Shown: piece by piece, positions 20,758 to 28,635 of the stretch | Position numbering within the stretch: position 1 is the stretch's first letter | How the letters are laid out: each line of letters begins with the position of its first letter | Assembly (NCBI GenBank): GCA_963666115.2 | Contig: CAXXET010000007.1 | Location: forward strand, 96,001 to 160,000 | DNA length: 64,000 nt | From: Dehalococcoidia bacterium | GTDB lineage: Bacteria; Chloroflexota; Dehalococcoidia; UBA6926 | Direction: 5' to 3' | The notes under the pieces: model-generated | Database searches by the model: none | Told to the model about the DNA's origin: nothing | Seen by the model: the letters and a program-made list of their open reading frames with translations, nothing else | Made by a program: the position numbers and the translations under genes

Positions 20758-20856
20758 ATGACGCAGACCCTGATGTGGGTCGGCGTCGTCCTGATCGTCC
20801 TGCTGCTGATCATCGCCGCCTTCAAGAGCGGCGATTCCCCGCGGGAAGCCGACTAA
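20758..20856 (+). CDS. Small single-pass membrane protein (32 aa, MTQTLMWVGVVLIVLLLIIAAFKSGDSPREAD)
   Basis: GGAGG at 20741-20745, an in-frame ATGA overlap with the moaD-like stop at 20731, host-like codons and one clean TM helix. Confidence 0.6.
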   Translation: MTQTLMWVGVVLIVLLLIIAAFKSGDSPREAD

Positions 20857-20889
20857 TCCGTCTCTCATTCGACTGAACCCTGGACGTCA

Positions 20890-20922
20890 ACAGGCCCGGA
20901 CTCCTTCAAAGTCCGGGCCTGT
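20890..20922. terminator. Hairpin between convergent units (probable bidirectional terminator)
   Basis: ACAGGCCCGGACT...AGTCCGGGCCTGT, 13-bp stem. Confidence 0.7.
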
Positions 20923-21036
20923 CGTGCGATCGCACCGTGCTTCGGGCGGTTTGTGCGGGCGCTCCGTGCGGGGCGCCACTGGCCGCCCTGTTTGCCTCGC
21001 TATGGCGGGGTGGCTGATCTGGTGCCGCTCAGCGGC

Positions 21037-21111
21037 TCAGCCGGTGCCCTCCACAGCGAGGCGCGCGTAAGGGAACTTCCGTGTGACGTACTCCGCGTAC
21101 AACCGCATCAT
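21037..21111 (-). CDS. Putative 24-aa peptide MMRLYAEYVTRKFPYARLAVEGTG
   Basis: AAGGAGG 9 nt before the ATG and its own consensus promoter upstream. Confidence 0.5.
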   Translation of the reverse strand: MMRLYAEYVTRKFPYARLAVEGTG

Positions 21112-21182
21112 GCCGTCTTCCCTCCTTGACGCCGGCGCCCCGGGGGCGCCGTTTCTGCGGGGCCGCAACCCCTGTACACGGC

Positions 21183-21211
21183 ACTCTACGCATGAGGCGA
21201 TAACGTGTCAA
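21183..21211 (-). promoter_or_regulatory. Sigma70-type promoter TTGACA-17-TAGAGT
   Basis: Forward strand has TGTCAA at 21206-21211 and ACTCTA at 21183-21188, a 17-bp spacer. Confidence 0.7.
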
Positions 21212-21283
21212 CATTGTGCGGAAAATCACTAATGGCGTGGTTGGGGCGTATGCTGGATGGACGATTAAAGGTCGATTTTCGAT

Positions 21284-22339
21284 ATGGCGCTTGCGTACAC
21301 ACTCGGATTGCGCGCCCTCAGCCTCGTGGGCGTGGTGTTCGTTGTCCTTCTGCTCGTTGTCGTGACGCTTGGCGCGACGGGATTCTCCGACCGCATGTTG
21401 ACCGCCATCGTCTCGGAAGAGATGCGCGGGACACGCCAGGCCCTGGCAGAAACGATCAAAGACCCGGAGCGGCTCGAAGAGACCCTGCGGGAGCGGCGCG
21501 CGGAACTCGAAGAGTTCTACGGACTTGACCGCCCCTGGTACACGCGGCTGCCCGGCATGGTCGGGCGAGTCCTGACCCTTGACCTCGGCTCCGCGCGCAA
21601 CCTGCGGAGTTTCGACGGCTCGTCGCGCGTCACGGACATCGTCCTGGAGCGCGTGCCGTATTCGATCATGCTGGTAACGACGTCGCTCGTCATCACGGCC
21701 ATCATCGGCTTATGGCTCGGCGCAAAACTGGCGACGCGCGTGGGCACACGGAGCGACCGCCTCGCATCCTACCTCGCCGCCGCGTCGAACGCCCTGCCCG
21801 CGTGGTGGGCGGGCATCCTGCTCATCCTCGTCCTCTCGTTCCAACTGCGGATATTCCCCTCCGGCGGCTTATACAGTTCTCCACCGCCCGATGGCGGCCT
21901 GCTGCGGTTCATGGACCTGCTCTGGCACGCCGCGCTGCCCATCCTGACCCTCGTGCTGGTCTCCGTGGGCGCGTGGACGTACGTGGTGCGAACCATGCTC
22001 CTGAACACCGCGCAGGAGTTCCACGTGACGGCGGCCCGGGCGCGGGGGCTGCCGGAGGGACAGGTGATGCGGCGGCATATCCTGCGCGTGGCCGCACCGC
22101 CCATCGCCACGAATATCATCCTCGCCCTGACCGGCTCCATCGGCGGGGCAATCCTGACGGAGACGGTCTTCAACTGGCCGGGAATGGGGCGGCTGTATTT
22201 CGACGCCATCACGACGGCGGATGAGGCCGTCATCGTCGCGCTGACGTTCATGTTCACCCTGATGTACGTCGCGGCGCGGTTTGTGCTGGAGGTGCTGTAC
22301 GTGGTTCTTGACCCGCGCGTGAGGTATACGGCGCAATGA
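21284..22339 (+). CDS. Dipeptide/oligopeptide ABC permease (DppB/OppB-like)
   Basis: YGLDRPWY, the EAA-like motif TAARARGL and ETVFNWPGMG. Confidence 0.92.
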   Translation: MALAYTLGLRALSLVGVVFVVLLLVVVTLGATGFSDRMLTAIVSEEMRGTRQALAETIKDPERLEETLRERRAELEEFYGLDRPWYTRLPGMVGRVLTLDLGSARNLRSFDGSSRVTDIVLERVPYSIMLVTTSLVITAIIGLWLGAKLATRVGTRSDRLASYLAAASNALPAWWAGILLILVLSFQLRIFPSGGLYSSPPPDGGLLRFMDLLWHAALPILTLVLVSVGAWTYVVRTMLLNTAQEFHVTAARARGLPEGQVMRRHILRVAAPPIATNIILALTGSIGGAILTETVFNWPGMGRLYFDAITTADEAVIVALTFMFTLMYVAARFVLEVLYVVLDPRVRYTAQ

Positions 22340-23769
22340 GGCCCGGCGAGGCGCTGCGCGTCGTTCTCAAATCAGGCTCAGGGCGGCTGGGCATCGGCCT
22401 GCTGGCCGTCCTCGTCTTCGTCTCCATGCTCGTGCCGTTCTTCTACCCGCTGGATTTCGGCCTGCGGTTCTGGAACAACCCCATCGCCTGGGCGGACAAC
22501 CCGAAAGCCGCCCCGCCCGCCTGGACGAACCTCGTTGGCGACCAAGCCCCGCGCCATCGTGTCTTCGACGCCGAAACACCCACGCAGGAGATCCCGACCG
22601 GCCCGGCAACGACGCGCCTCTATTCCTTCACGTTCGACCATGAGTCTGAGTCGCCGCCCACATTCCTCTCCGTGTCCGTCGGCAAGGTCACGTTCCACGA
22701 CAGGCCGCCGGTAATCTCGATGACCCTTGCGCGGCCCGATGGACGCTCGGCAACGATCCTGCAAGAGGTCGTGCGCGGACAGCGTCCCGATGAAACTCCG
22801 CCCGTCACGCGGTTCGCAGATGAGCCCCGCCGCATCTACCTGACGGGAGATGCCAACGCGCTCACTGCGGCAACCGGCTTTCTGCAGCGTGAGTTCGACG
22901 TGCGCCTCACCGAAGCGGAGATGCAGGGCAACCTGGAGGCGGCGCTCTTCGGCGCGCCCGCGAACAGCGATGCCGCAGAATTCACGCCGTTGACGGGTGA
23001 ATACACCGCAACGATCCGCGTCGTCACCTATGATCCGCGCGACTCGGTGGAGAGCGTGCGCTTCGTGGCGGCAGGCGGCGTGTTCGGGTTGATGGGAACG
23101 GACACGCAGGGGCGCAACCTTGCGACGGGGCTGCTGTTCGGGTTCCCCGTCGCGCTCATCATCGGCATATTAACAAGCGTGGCCGCCACCATCCTCGGCA
23201 CGTTCTTCGGCATCCTCAGCGGCTTCTCCGGCGGCAGGACGGACACCATCATCCAGCGGCTGTCCGACGTGATGACGAACATCCCGCTGCTGCCCATCCT
23301 CATCTTCCTCATCTTCGTTCTCGGCCAGAAACTCTGGCTGGTGATGACGATTCTCGTGATATTCGGCTGGCCCGGGCTGACCATCATCCTCCGCTCGATG
23401 GTGCTGCAAGTGCGCTCGGGGCAGTTGGTGGAGGCGACGCAGGCCCTCGGAGCGTCGCGGTGGCGCATCATGTTCCGGCACGTCTTCTTCCAGATGGCGC
23501 CGTTCATCGTCGCGCAGATGATCTTCTTCACGCCGGCGGCCATTCTCGCTGAGGCGGGGCTGAGCTTCCTGGGCCTCGGCGACCCGTCCCTGCCGACGTG
23601 GGGACAGATCCTCGAGCAGGGATTCCGCACCGGCGCAATCTTCATCGGCTACTGGTGGTGGATACTGCCGCCCGGCATCCTCATCGTGATCACCGCCATG
23701 ACGTTCGTGCTATTGGCGCTGGCAATGGAGCCGGTTCTTAATCCGCGCCTCCGGGAGACGGCGGCATGA
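22336..23769 (+). CDS. Dipeptide/oligopeptide ABC permease (DppC-like) with a large extracytoplasmic insertion
   Basis: W.DNPKAAPPAW, MGTDTQGR, EATQALGAS and EAGLSFLGLGDP..PTWG. Confidence 0.9.
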   Translation: MRPGEALRVVLKSGSGRLGIGLLAVLVFVSMLVPFFYPLDFGLRFWNNPIAWADNPKAAPPAWTNLVGDQAPRHRVFDAETPTQEIPTGPATTRLYSFTFDHESESPPTFLSVSVGKVTFHDRPPVISMTLARPDGRSATILQEVVRGQRPDETPPVTRFADEPRRIYLTGDANALTAATGFLQREFDVRLTEAEMQGNLEAALFGAPANSDAAEFTPLTGEYTATIRVVTYDPRDSVESVRFVAAGGVFGLMGTDTQGRNLATGLLFGFPVALIIGILTSVAATILGTFFGILSGFSGGRTDTIIQRLSDVMTNIPLLPILIFLIFVLGQKLWLVMTILVIFGWPGLTIILRSMVLQVRSGQLVEATQALGASRWRIMFRHVFFQMAPFIVAQMIFFTPAAILAEAGLSFLGLGDPSLPTWGQILEQGFRTGAIFIGYWWWILPPGILIVITAMTFVLLALAMEPVLNPRLRETAA

Positions 23770-24749
23770 CGAACCACAATACGCCCCTGCTCTCCGTCCG
23801 CGAGCTGCGCCTGTCCTACGCAGCCGACCGCGGCGACGTGCGTGCCGTGGACGGGGTGTCGTTCGATTTGGAGCAGGGCAAAACGCTGGCCATCGTCGGC
23901 GAGTCCGGCTCCGGCAAGACCAGCCTCGCGCTCGCCCTGCTCCGCCTCCTCCCCCGCAACACCTCCAAGTTTGAAGGACAGGTCACGCTCAACGGCATGG
24001 ACTGCATGGCGCTGTCCGACGGCGACTTTCGAAGCCGCGTGCGCTGGCGGCAGATTTCAATGGTCTTCCAGGGCGCGACGGAATCGCTCAACCCGATCTA
24101 CAAGGTGGGGCATCAGGTTCGGGAAATCTTAACATCCCGCGGCGGCCAATCACGCGACGCGGCGGACGAGCGCGCGCGCGAGCTGCTGGACATGGTGCGG
24201 CTGCCGCCGGAGACGTTCAACCGCTACCCGCATGAACTGAGCGGCGGCATGAAGCAGCGCATCGCCGTCGCCTCCGCGCTCGCGCTCGATCCCACGCTGA
24301 TCCTGCTGGACGAGCCAACGTCCGCGCTTGACGTGGGCGTGCAGGCGCAGATCATGAACCTGTTCAAGCGGCTCAAGTCGAACCTCGGCATCGCGTCCGT
24401 CTTCATCAGCCACGACATCGCACTCGCAAGCGACCTGGCCGACTACATCGGCGTGATGTACGCGGGGCGGCTTGTGGAGATCGGCCCGTCGGAGGATATT
24501 CTCGGCGCGCCGTCCCACCCCTACACGCAGAAGCTGCTGGCCGCCATCCCTCGTCTCCGTTCGGACGACCCGCTGGAGTTCATTCCGGGCGCGCCTCCCG
24601 ATCTGTCCGACCCGCCAACGGGCTGCCGGTTCCACCCCCGCTGCCAATTCGCAATGGACAGGTGCCGCACTGAGGACCCGGGCAGCTTTGCGACGCCAAG
24701 CGGCCGGTCGACGGCAGCATGTTGGCTCCTGGATGAGGCGGCGTCATGA
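23766..24749 (+). CDS. Oligopeptide ABC ATP-binding protein (DppD-like)
   Basis: GESGSGKT, YPHELSGGMKQR, DEPTSALD and GCRFHPRC. Confidence 0.95.
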   Translation: MTNHNTPLLSVRELRLSYAADRGDVRAVDGVSFDLEQGKTLAIVGESGSGKTSLALALLRLLPRNTSKFEGQVTLNGMDCMALSDGDFRSRVRWRQISMVFQGATESLNPIYKVGHQVREILTSRGGQSRDAADERARELLDMVRLPPETFNRYPHELSGGMKQRIAVASALALDPTLILLDEPTSALDVGVQAQIMNLFKRLKSNLGIASVFISHDIALASDLADYIGVMYAGRLVEIGPSEDILGAPSHPYTQKLLAAIPRLRSDDPLEFIPGAPPDLSDPPTGCRFHPRCQFAMDRCRTEDPGSFATPSGRSTAACWLLDEAAS

Positions 24750-25768
24750 CGACTGGGCAAATCATCACCGCTGCGGACGCAACGAACCCGGCGCCGATGC
24801 TGGAACTGCGGGACGTGGCGATGCACTTCAAGTCACGCGGACGCGGATTCCGCACGACGACGGTGCGGGCATTGGATGGCGTTTCCCTAACGCTGGATCG
24901 CGGCGAGACCATCGCCATCGTGGGCGAGTCCGGCTGCGGCAAGACAACGTTGGGGCGCGTCTCACTGCGTCTATTGGAACCGACGGCTGGGCGTGTGCTC
25001 TTCAACAACCAGGACATCACTGAGTTCAAAGATGGCCAGCTTAAAGAGTTTAGGCGGCGGGCGCAGGGCATCTTCCAGGACCCGTTCACGAGCCTCGATC
25101 CCTACATGACCATCCGCCAGATCGTTGAGGAGCCGCTCGTCATCCATGGCGAGGGGTCGCCCTCCGAGCGGCTGGAGCGCGTGGAATGGGCGCTGGACGA
25201 AGTGCGGATACGGCCGGCGTCAGATTTCCTCGACCGCTTCCCCCACTTATTGTCAGGCGGCCAGCGTCAGCGTGTCGGCATCGCGCGGGCATTGACCCTG
25301 ACGCCTGAGTACATCCTTGCCGATGAACCCGTCTCCATGATCGACGCCTCAAGCCGCGCTGAGATACTCGCGCTGCTGCGCGAACTGCAAGAGCGGCATC
25401 GCATCGGCTATCTCTACATCACGCATGACATCGCGACGGCGCGGCGCTTCGCGCCGACTGCCGCCGTCATGTACCTGGGACGCGTCGTCGAACAGGGCCC
25501 AACGGCGCAACTGATCAGCAACCCTCTCCACCCCTACACGCAAGGGCTACTGGACGCGGTGCCGGAGCCTGACCCGTCGAACCGTCTCGCGGAGCGCCCC
25601 GTCCTCCCCGGCGAAGCCCCAAGCCCCGCCAACGTCCCAACCGGCTGCCGCTTCCACCCCCGCTGCCCCGCATTCATATCCGGCCTCTGCGACACCACCC
25701 CGCCGCCGCTGGTAGAGATAGAACCCAACCGAACCGTGGAATGCCACCTCTACGGCGAAACCGTTTGA
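24746..25768 (+). CDS. Oligopeptide ABC ATP-binding protein (DppF-like)
   Basis: GESGCGKT, LSGGQRQR, ADEPVSMID and GCRFHPRC. Confidence 0.95.
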   Translation: MTTGQIITAADATNPAPMLELRDVAMHFKSRGRGFRTTTVRALDGVSLTLDRGETIAIVGESGCGKTTLGRVSLRLLEPTAGRVLFNNQDITEFKDGQLKEFRRRAQGIFQDPFTSLDPYMTIRQIVEEPLVIHGEGSPSERLERVEWALDEVRIRPASDFLDRFPHLLSGGQRQRVGIARALTLTPEYILADEPVSMIDASSRAEILALLRELQERHRIGYLYITHDIATARRFAPTAAVMYLGRVVEQGPTAQLISNPLHPYTQGLLDAVPEPDPSNRLAERPVLPGEAPSPANVPTGCRFHPRCPAFISGLCDTTPPPLVEIEPNRTVECHLYGETV

Positions 25769-25793
25769 CGCTCCGCCCCCCGCTCGGCATAAT
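25765..25793 (+). promoter_or_regulatory. Promoter of the tRNA cluster, TTGACG-17-CATAAT
   Basis: Consensus hexamers with a 17-bp spacer just upstream of tRNA-Trp. Confidence 0.65.
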
Positions 25794-25809
25794 TGCGTGG
25801 CGTATGTGC

Positions 25810-25886
25810 AGGAGCGTAGCTCAGTCCGGAAGAGCAACGGTCTCCAAAACCGTCGGTCGGGGGTTCGAATCCCTCCGCTCCTGCCA
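25810..25886 (+). tRNA. tRNA-Trp(CCA)
   Basis: Acceptor AGGAGCG/CGCTCCT, anticodon arm ACGGT-CTCCAAA-ACCGT, GGTTCGAATCC and CCA end. Confidence 0.96.
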
Positions 25887-25966
25887 ACGCGCTCCGGCGT
25901 GAGAGCCCAAAAGGCTCAAATCGTTGTCACAGGGCCAGACGCGCCCGCGCAGGCGGGCGATCAGAT

Positions 25967-26053
25967 GCCGAGGTGGTGGAATTGGTAGACACGCTGTCTT
26001 GAGGGGGCAGTGGGCGAAAGCTCGTAGGAGTTCAAATCTCCTCCTCGGCACCA
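25967..26053 (+). tRNA. tRNA-Leu(GAG)
   Basis: Acceptor GCCGAGG/CCTCGGC, anticodon arm CTGTC-TTGAGGG-GGCAG, long variable arm and CCA. Confidence 0.96.
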
Positions 26054-26115
26054 CCCTCTGGACAACGACGCCACGATTGGTACTCTGTCAGTGACACGGC
26101 ATCAGCCGGAACCGG

Positions 26116-26192
26116 GGCGACGTAGCCAAGTGGTTTAAGGCGGGGGACTGCAAATCCCCTATTCGTGGGTTCGAATCCCGCCGTCGCCTCCA
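26116..26192 (+). tRNA. tRNA-Cys(GCA)
   Basis: Acceptor GGCGACG/CGTCGCC, anticodon arm GGGGA-CTGCAAA-TCCCC, U discriminator and CCA. Confidence 0.96.
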
Positions 26193-26193
26193 T

Positions 26194-28524
26194 TCACACC
26201 AGTTCAGCCTCCTCCAACCTCAAAAACCCCTGCGCATCCAACGAAAGGCTCCTCACGCGCTCGGACACCAGGATGTAGTCATTCCCAAAGTACAGCGGAA
26301 ACGCCACGGCCTCCTCGATCATCTGGCGCTCGATCTCCCGGTACTGCTCCAGCCGGTCCTCTCCGGCGATCCTGGCCTCCTCCAGCAGCTCATCAATCTC
26401 CTCCGAGCCCGCCTTGCCGTCATTGTGCGGCGACTCCGTATGGAAGAGAACATCCAGGAAATTGTGCGGATCGGGGTAGTCCGCCAGCCACCCGTAGCTA
26501 TAGATGTTGTAGCCGGCCTCGATCACGGCAGGCAGCTGGTAGAAGTACGCGCGCCCAATGGCCCGATACTGGATGCGGACGCCCAGATTGTCCTCCCATT
26601 GAGTGAAGATGGCGCGGTAGATCTCTCCCACGTCGCCTGAACCTGCGACGAAGATTGTCGGCTGCTCATCGCCAAGTTTGCCGAAGTCTGTGCTGTCCAG
26701 CAGCGCCCTTGCCGCCCCCGGATCGTACCTGACGTCCTCGATGTCCTCGTCATAGCCGGGCAGGCCGGGCGGCATGAATCCGTGCGCAACCTTGACGCCT
26801 GAAGCGGCAAGCTCCTCAAAGATCGCCTCCCGGTCCACCGCCCACAGGAACGCGCGCCGCACGTCCGGGTCATCGAACGGCTCTACTGTCGTGTTGAAGG
26901 CCAGGTACTGGACGCTCAGGGCGTCCGTCTGCGTGATCTGGTCGACCAGCGGGCTTTCCTCCTCGACAAGAAAATCGTAATCTCCCGCCCCGATCCAGGT
27001 GGTTGCGTCAACAAATCCCTCTTCGACCATCGCCGTGGCCAGTCCCGCATGGAAGCGAAACACCAGGTTGCCGATGGCGTGCTGTGGGCCCGTATAGTCC
27101 TCGAACGCGGTCAGGTGCGCCGCCCGGGATCGCTGGAACTCGGCAAGCCGGTACGGCCCGGTTCCAATAGCTGTGTAGTACCACGGATCAGGGATGTCTT
27201 CCTCTTCCGCATCGTCGGACTGCTCATCCGACGACGATTCCTCATCATCGCCCGTCTCGTCCTCCTCCACGAGGCGAGGGTCCGGAACCTCCGGCACGTT
27301 GGATTGCAGCACCACGTAGGCGGACGGATGCGTCAGCTTGGAGAGGAAATAGCTCTTGGCCTCGTCGATGGTAACGACCAGCGTTGAATCGTCCACGGCC
27401 TCCAGTCCGGTCACCGAGTCGGCCTTGCCCGTGTGATACTCCTTCGCGCCGACGATGTCGTCCAGGTAGCTGCCCGCGCTCCCGCCGACGGGCGGCAGGT
27501 TGTGGTTCAGCGCGCGTTCCCATGAGAAGACGAAGTCTTGCGCCGTAACGGGCGTGCCGTCATGGAACTGCGCCCCGGCCTTGATGGTGAACCTGTAGAC
27601 GGTTCCGTCTTCCGACACGTCCCATATGGCCAGGTCAGGCTCAGGGATCAGATCCTCGTTGAGACGAACAAGGCCGCTAAATATCTGCCGGATGTACTGC
27701 GACGAGCCGGCGTCCGTGGATATGCCCGGGTCGAGCGTCAGTGGGCCCTGGTCGAGGTAGAGGACGAGGGTGTCGTCCCGCGGTGCGCCAAAGGGCTGCG
27801 GATCAACGGGGCGGATGCTGGTGGAAACCGCCTCCATCACGTCGAAATTGCGCTCATAGATGGTGCGCGGCGCCTCTGTCTGGATGCCCATGGCCATTGT
27901 TCCGCGAGCGACAAAGGTAACGGCGCCGCGGTATTCGTTGGAACCGGTGCCGTAGCTGTAGAAGACCTGGTGGGCTTCCGAGCCGTCGTCCAGGATGATG
28001 TCGGCCTCCGTAATCGTGCGGAACCCGCTCAGGCCGGCAAGCGGCGTGATCTGCTCCTGCGCGATGTCGGCCGGGTGCGCCTCCTCGGCGCGGAAGAGGA
28101 CGAAGGTCTGGGCGGTTATATCCTCATCACCCGTCTCAAACACAAGGGCAGCGCTCAGGAGGCCGGCCTGCGGGCGCGTGGTCGTCCACGCCTCCGGAAC
28201 CTCAAGCGCATAGCCGTACAGCTTGTCCGTGTAGGTTTTCAGGTCGGACGGAATGAGTGCTTGCGTTTCGTCCTCGTCATCCGTTTCAGTCGGTATGGCA
28301 GTTGCAGTCGGTGGATCGGTGATCGGCACGGGGGTAGCGGGGGGAGCAGAGGTGGGGAATATCACAGGCGTCGCAGACGGTGTTGGCGTCGCCGGTTCAA
28401 CCGGCGCCGGCGTGGAGGCGTCCTCGTCCCCGCAGGCCGCGGCAAGAAGCGCGAGGACAAGGGCGAGGGTGAACGCGAGGATCAGCGAACGCGGCGCGCT
28501 CCGGCTGCCAAAGATGTGTGACAC
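26194..28524 (-). CDS. Family-5 (OppA-like) solute-binding lipoprotein with an extra N-terminal PsbP/DcrB-like domain
   Basis: Lipobox LAAAC, Pro/Thr linker, YGYALEVPEAW domain, then TLDP, FHDGTPVTA.DF, GTGPY, PFDDPDVRRA and WLADYPDP. Confidence 0.88.
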   Translation of the reverse strand: MSHIFGSRSAPRSLILAFTLALVLALLAAACGDEDASTPAPVEPATPTPSATPVIFPTSAPPATPVPITDPPTATAIPTETDDEDETQALIPSDLKTYTDKLYGYALEVPEAWTTTRPQAGLLSAALVFETGDEDITAQTFVLFRAEEAHPADIAQEQITPLAGLSGFRTITEADIILDDGSEAHQVFYSYGTGSNEYRGAVTFVARGTMAMGIQTEAPRTIYERNFDVMEAVSTSIRPVDPQPFGAPRDDTLVLYLDQGPLTLDPGISTDAGSSQYIRQIFSGLVRLNEDLIPEPDLAIWDVSEDGTVYRFTIKAGAQFHDGTPVTAQDFVFSWERALNHNLPPVGGSAGSYLDDIVGAKEYHTGKADSVTGLEAVDDSTLVVTIDEAKSYFLSKLTHPSAYVVLQSNVPEVPDPRLVEEDETGDDEESSSDEQSDDAEEEDIPDPWYYTAIGTGPYRLAEFQRSRAAHLTAFEDYTGPQHAIGNLVFRFHAGLATAMVEEGFVDATTWIGAGDYDFLVEEESPLVDQITQTDALSVQYLAFNTTVEPFDDPDVRRAFLWAVDREAIFEELAASGVKVAHGFMPPGLPGYDEDIEDVRYDPGAARALLDSTDFGKLGDEQPTIFVAGSGDVGEIYRAIFTQWEDNLGVRIQYRAIGRAYFYQLPAVIEAGYNIYSYGWLADYPDPHNFLDVLFHTESPHNDGKAGSEEIDELLEEARIAGEDRLEQYREIERQMIEEAVAFPLYFGNDYILVSERVRSLSLDAQGFLRLEEAELV

Positions 28525-28635
28525 GTACTCAATCCTCCTGTGGACCGGATTTTCACCATGCGGGCGGCTTATGCGAAAGCGGCTTTGTCCCTATTATGAT
28601 ACGAGGCGGGAGAATCCCGCGGAGGTAGCAAGCAC

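Noticed and set aside
20885-21180. tmRNA (short internal ORF within a structured RNA)
   Set aside because: There is no tRNA-Ala-like acceptor, T-arm or CCA end; the ORF has its own SD and ATG and lacks an AA-type tag end.
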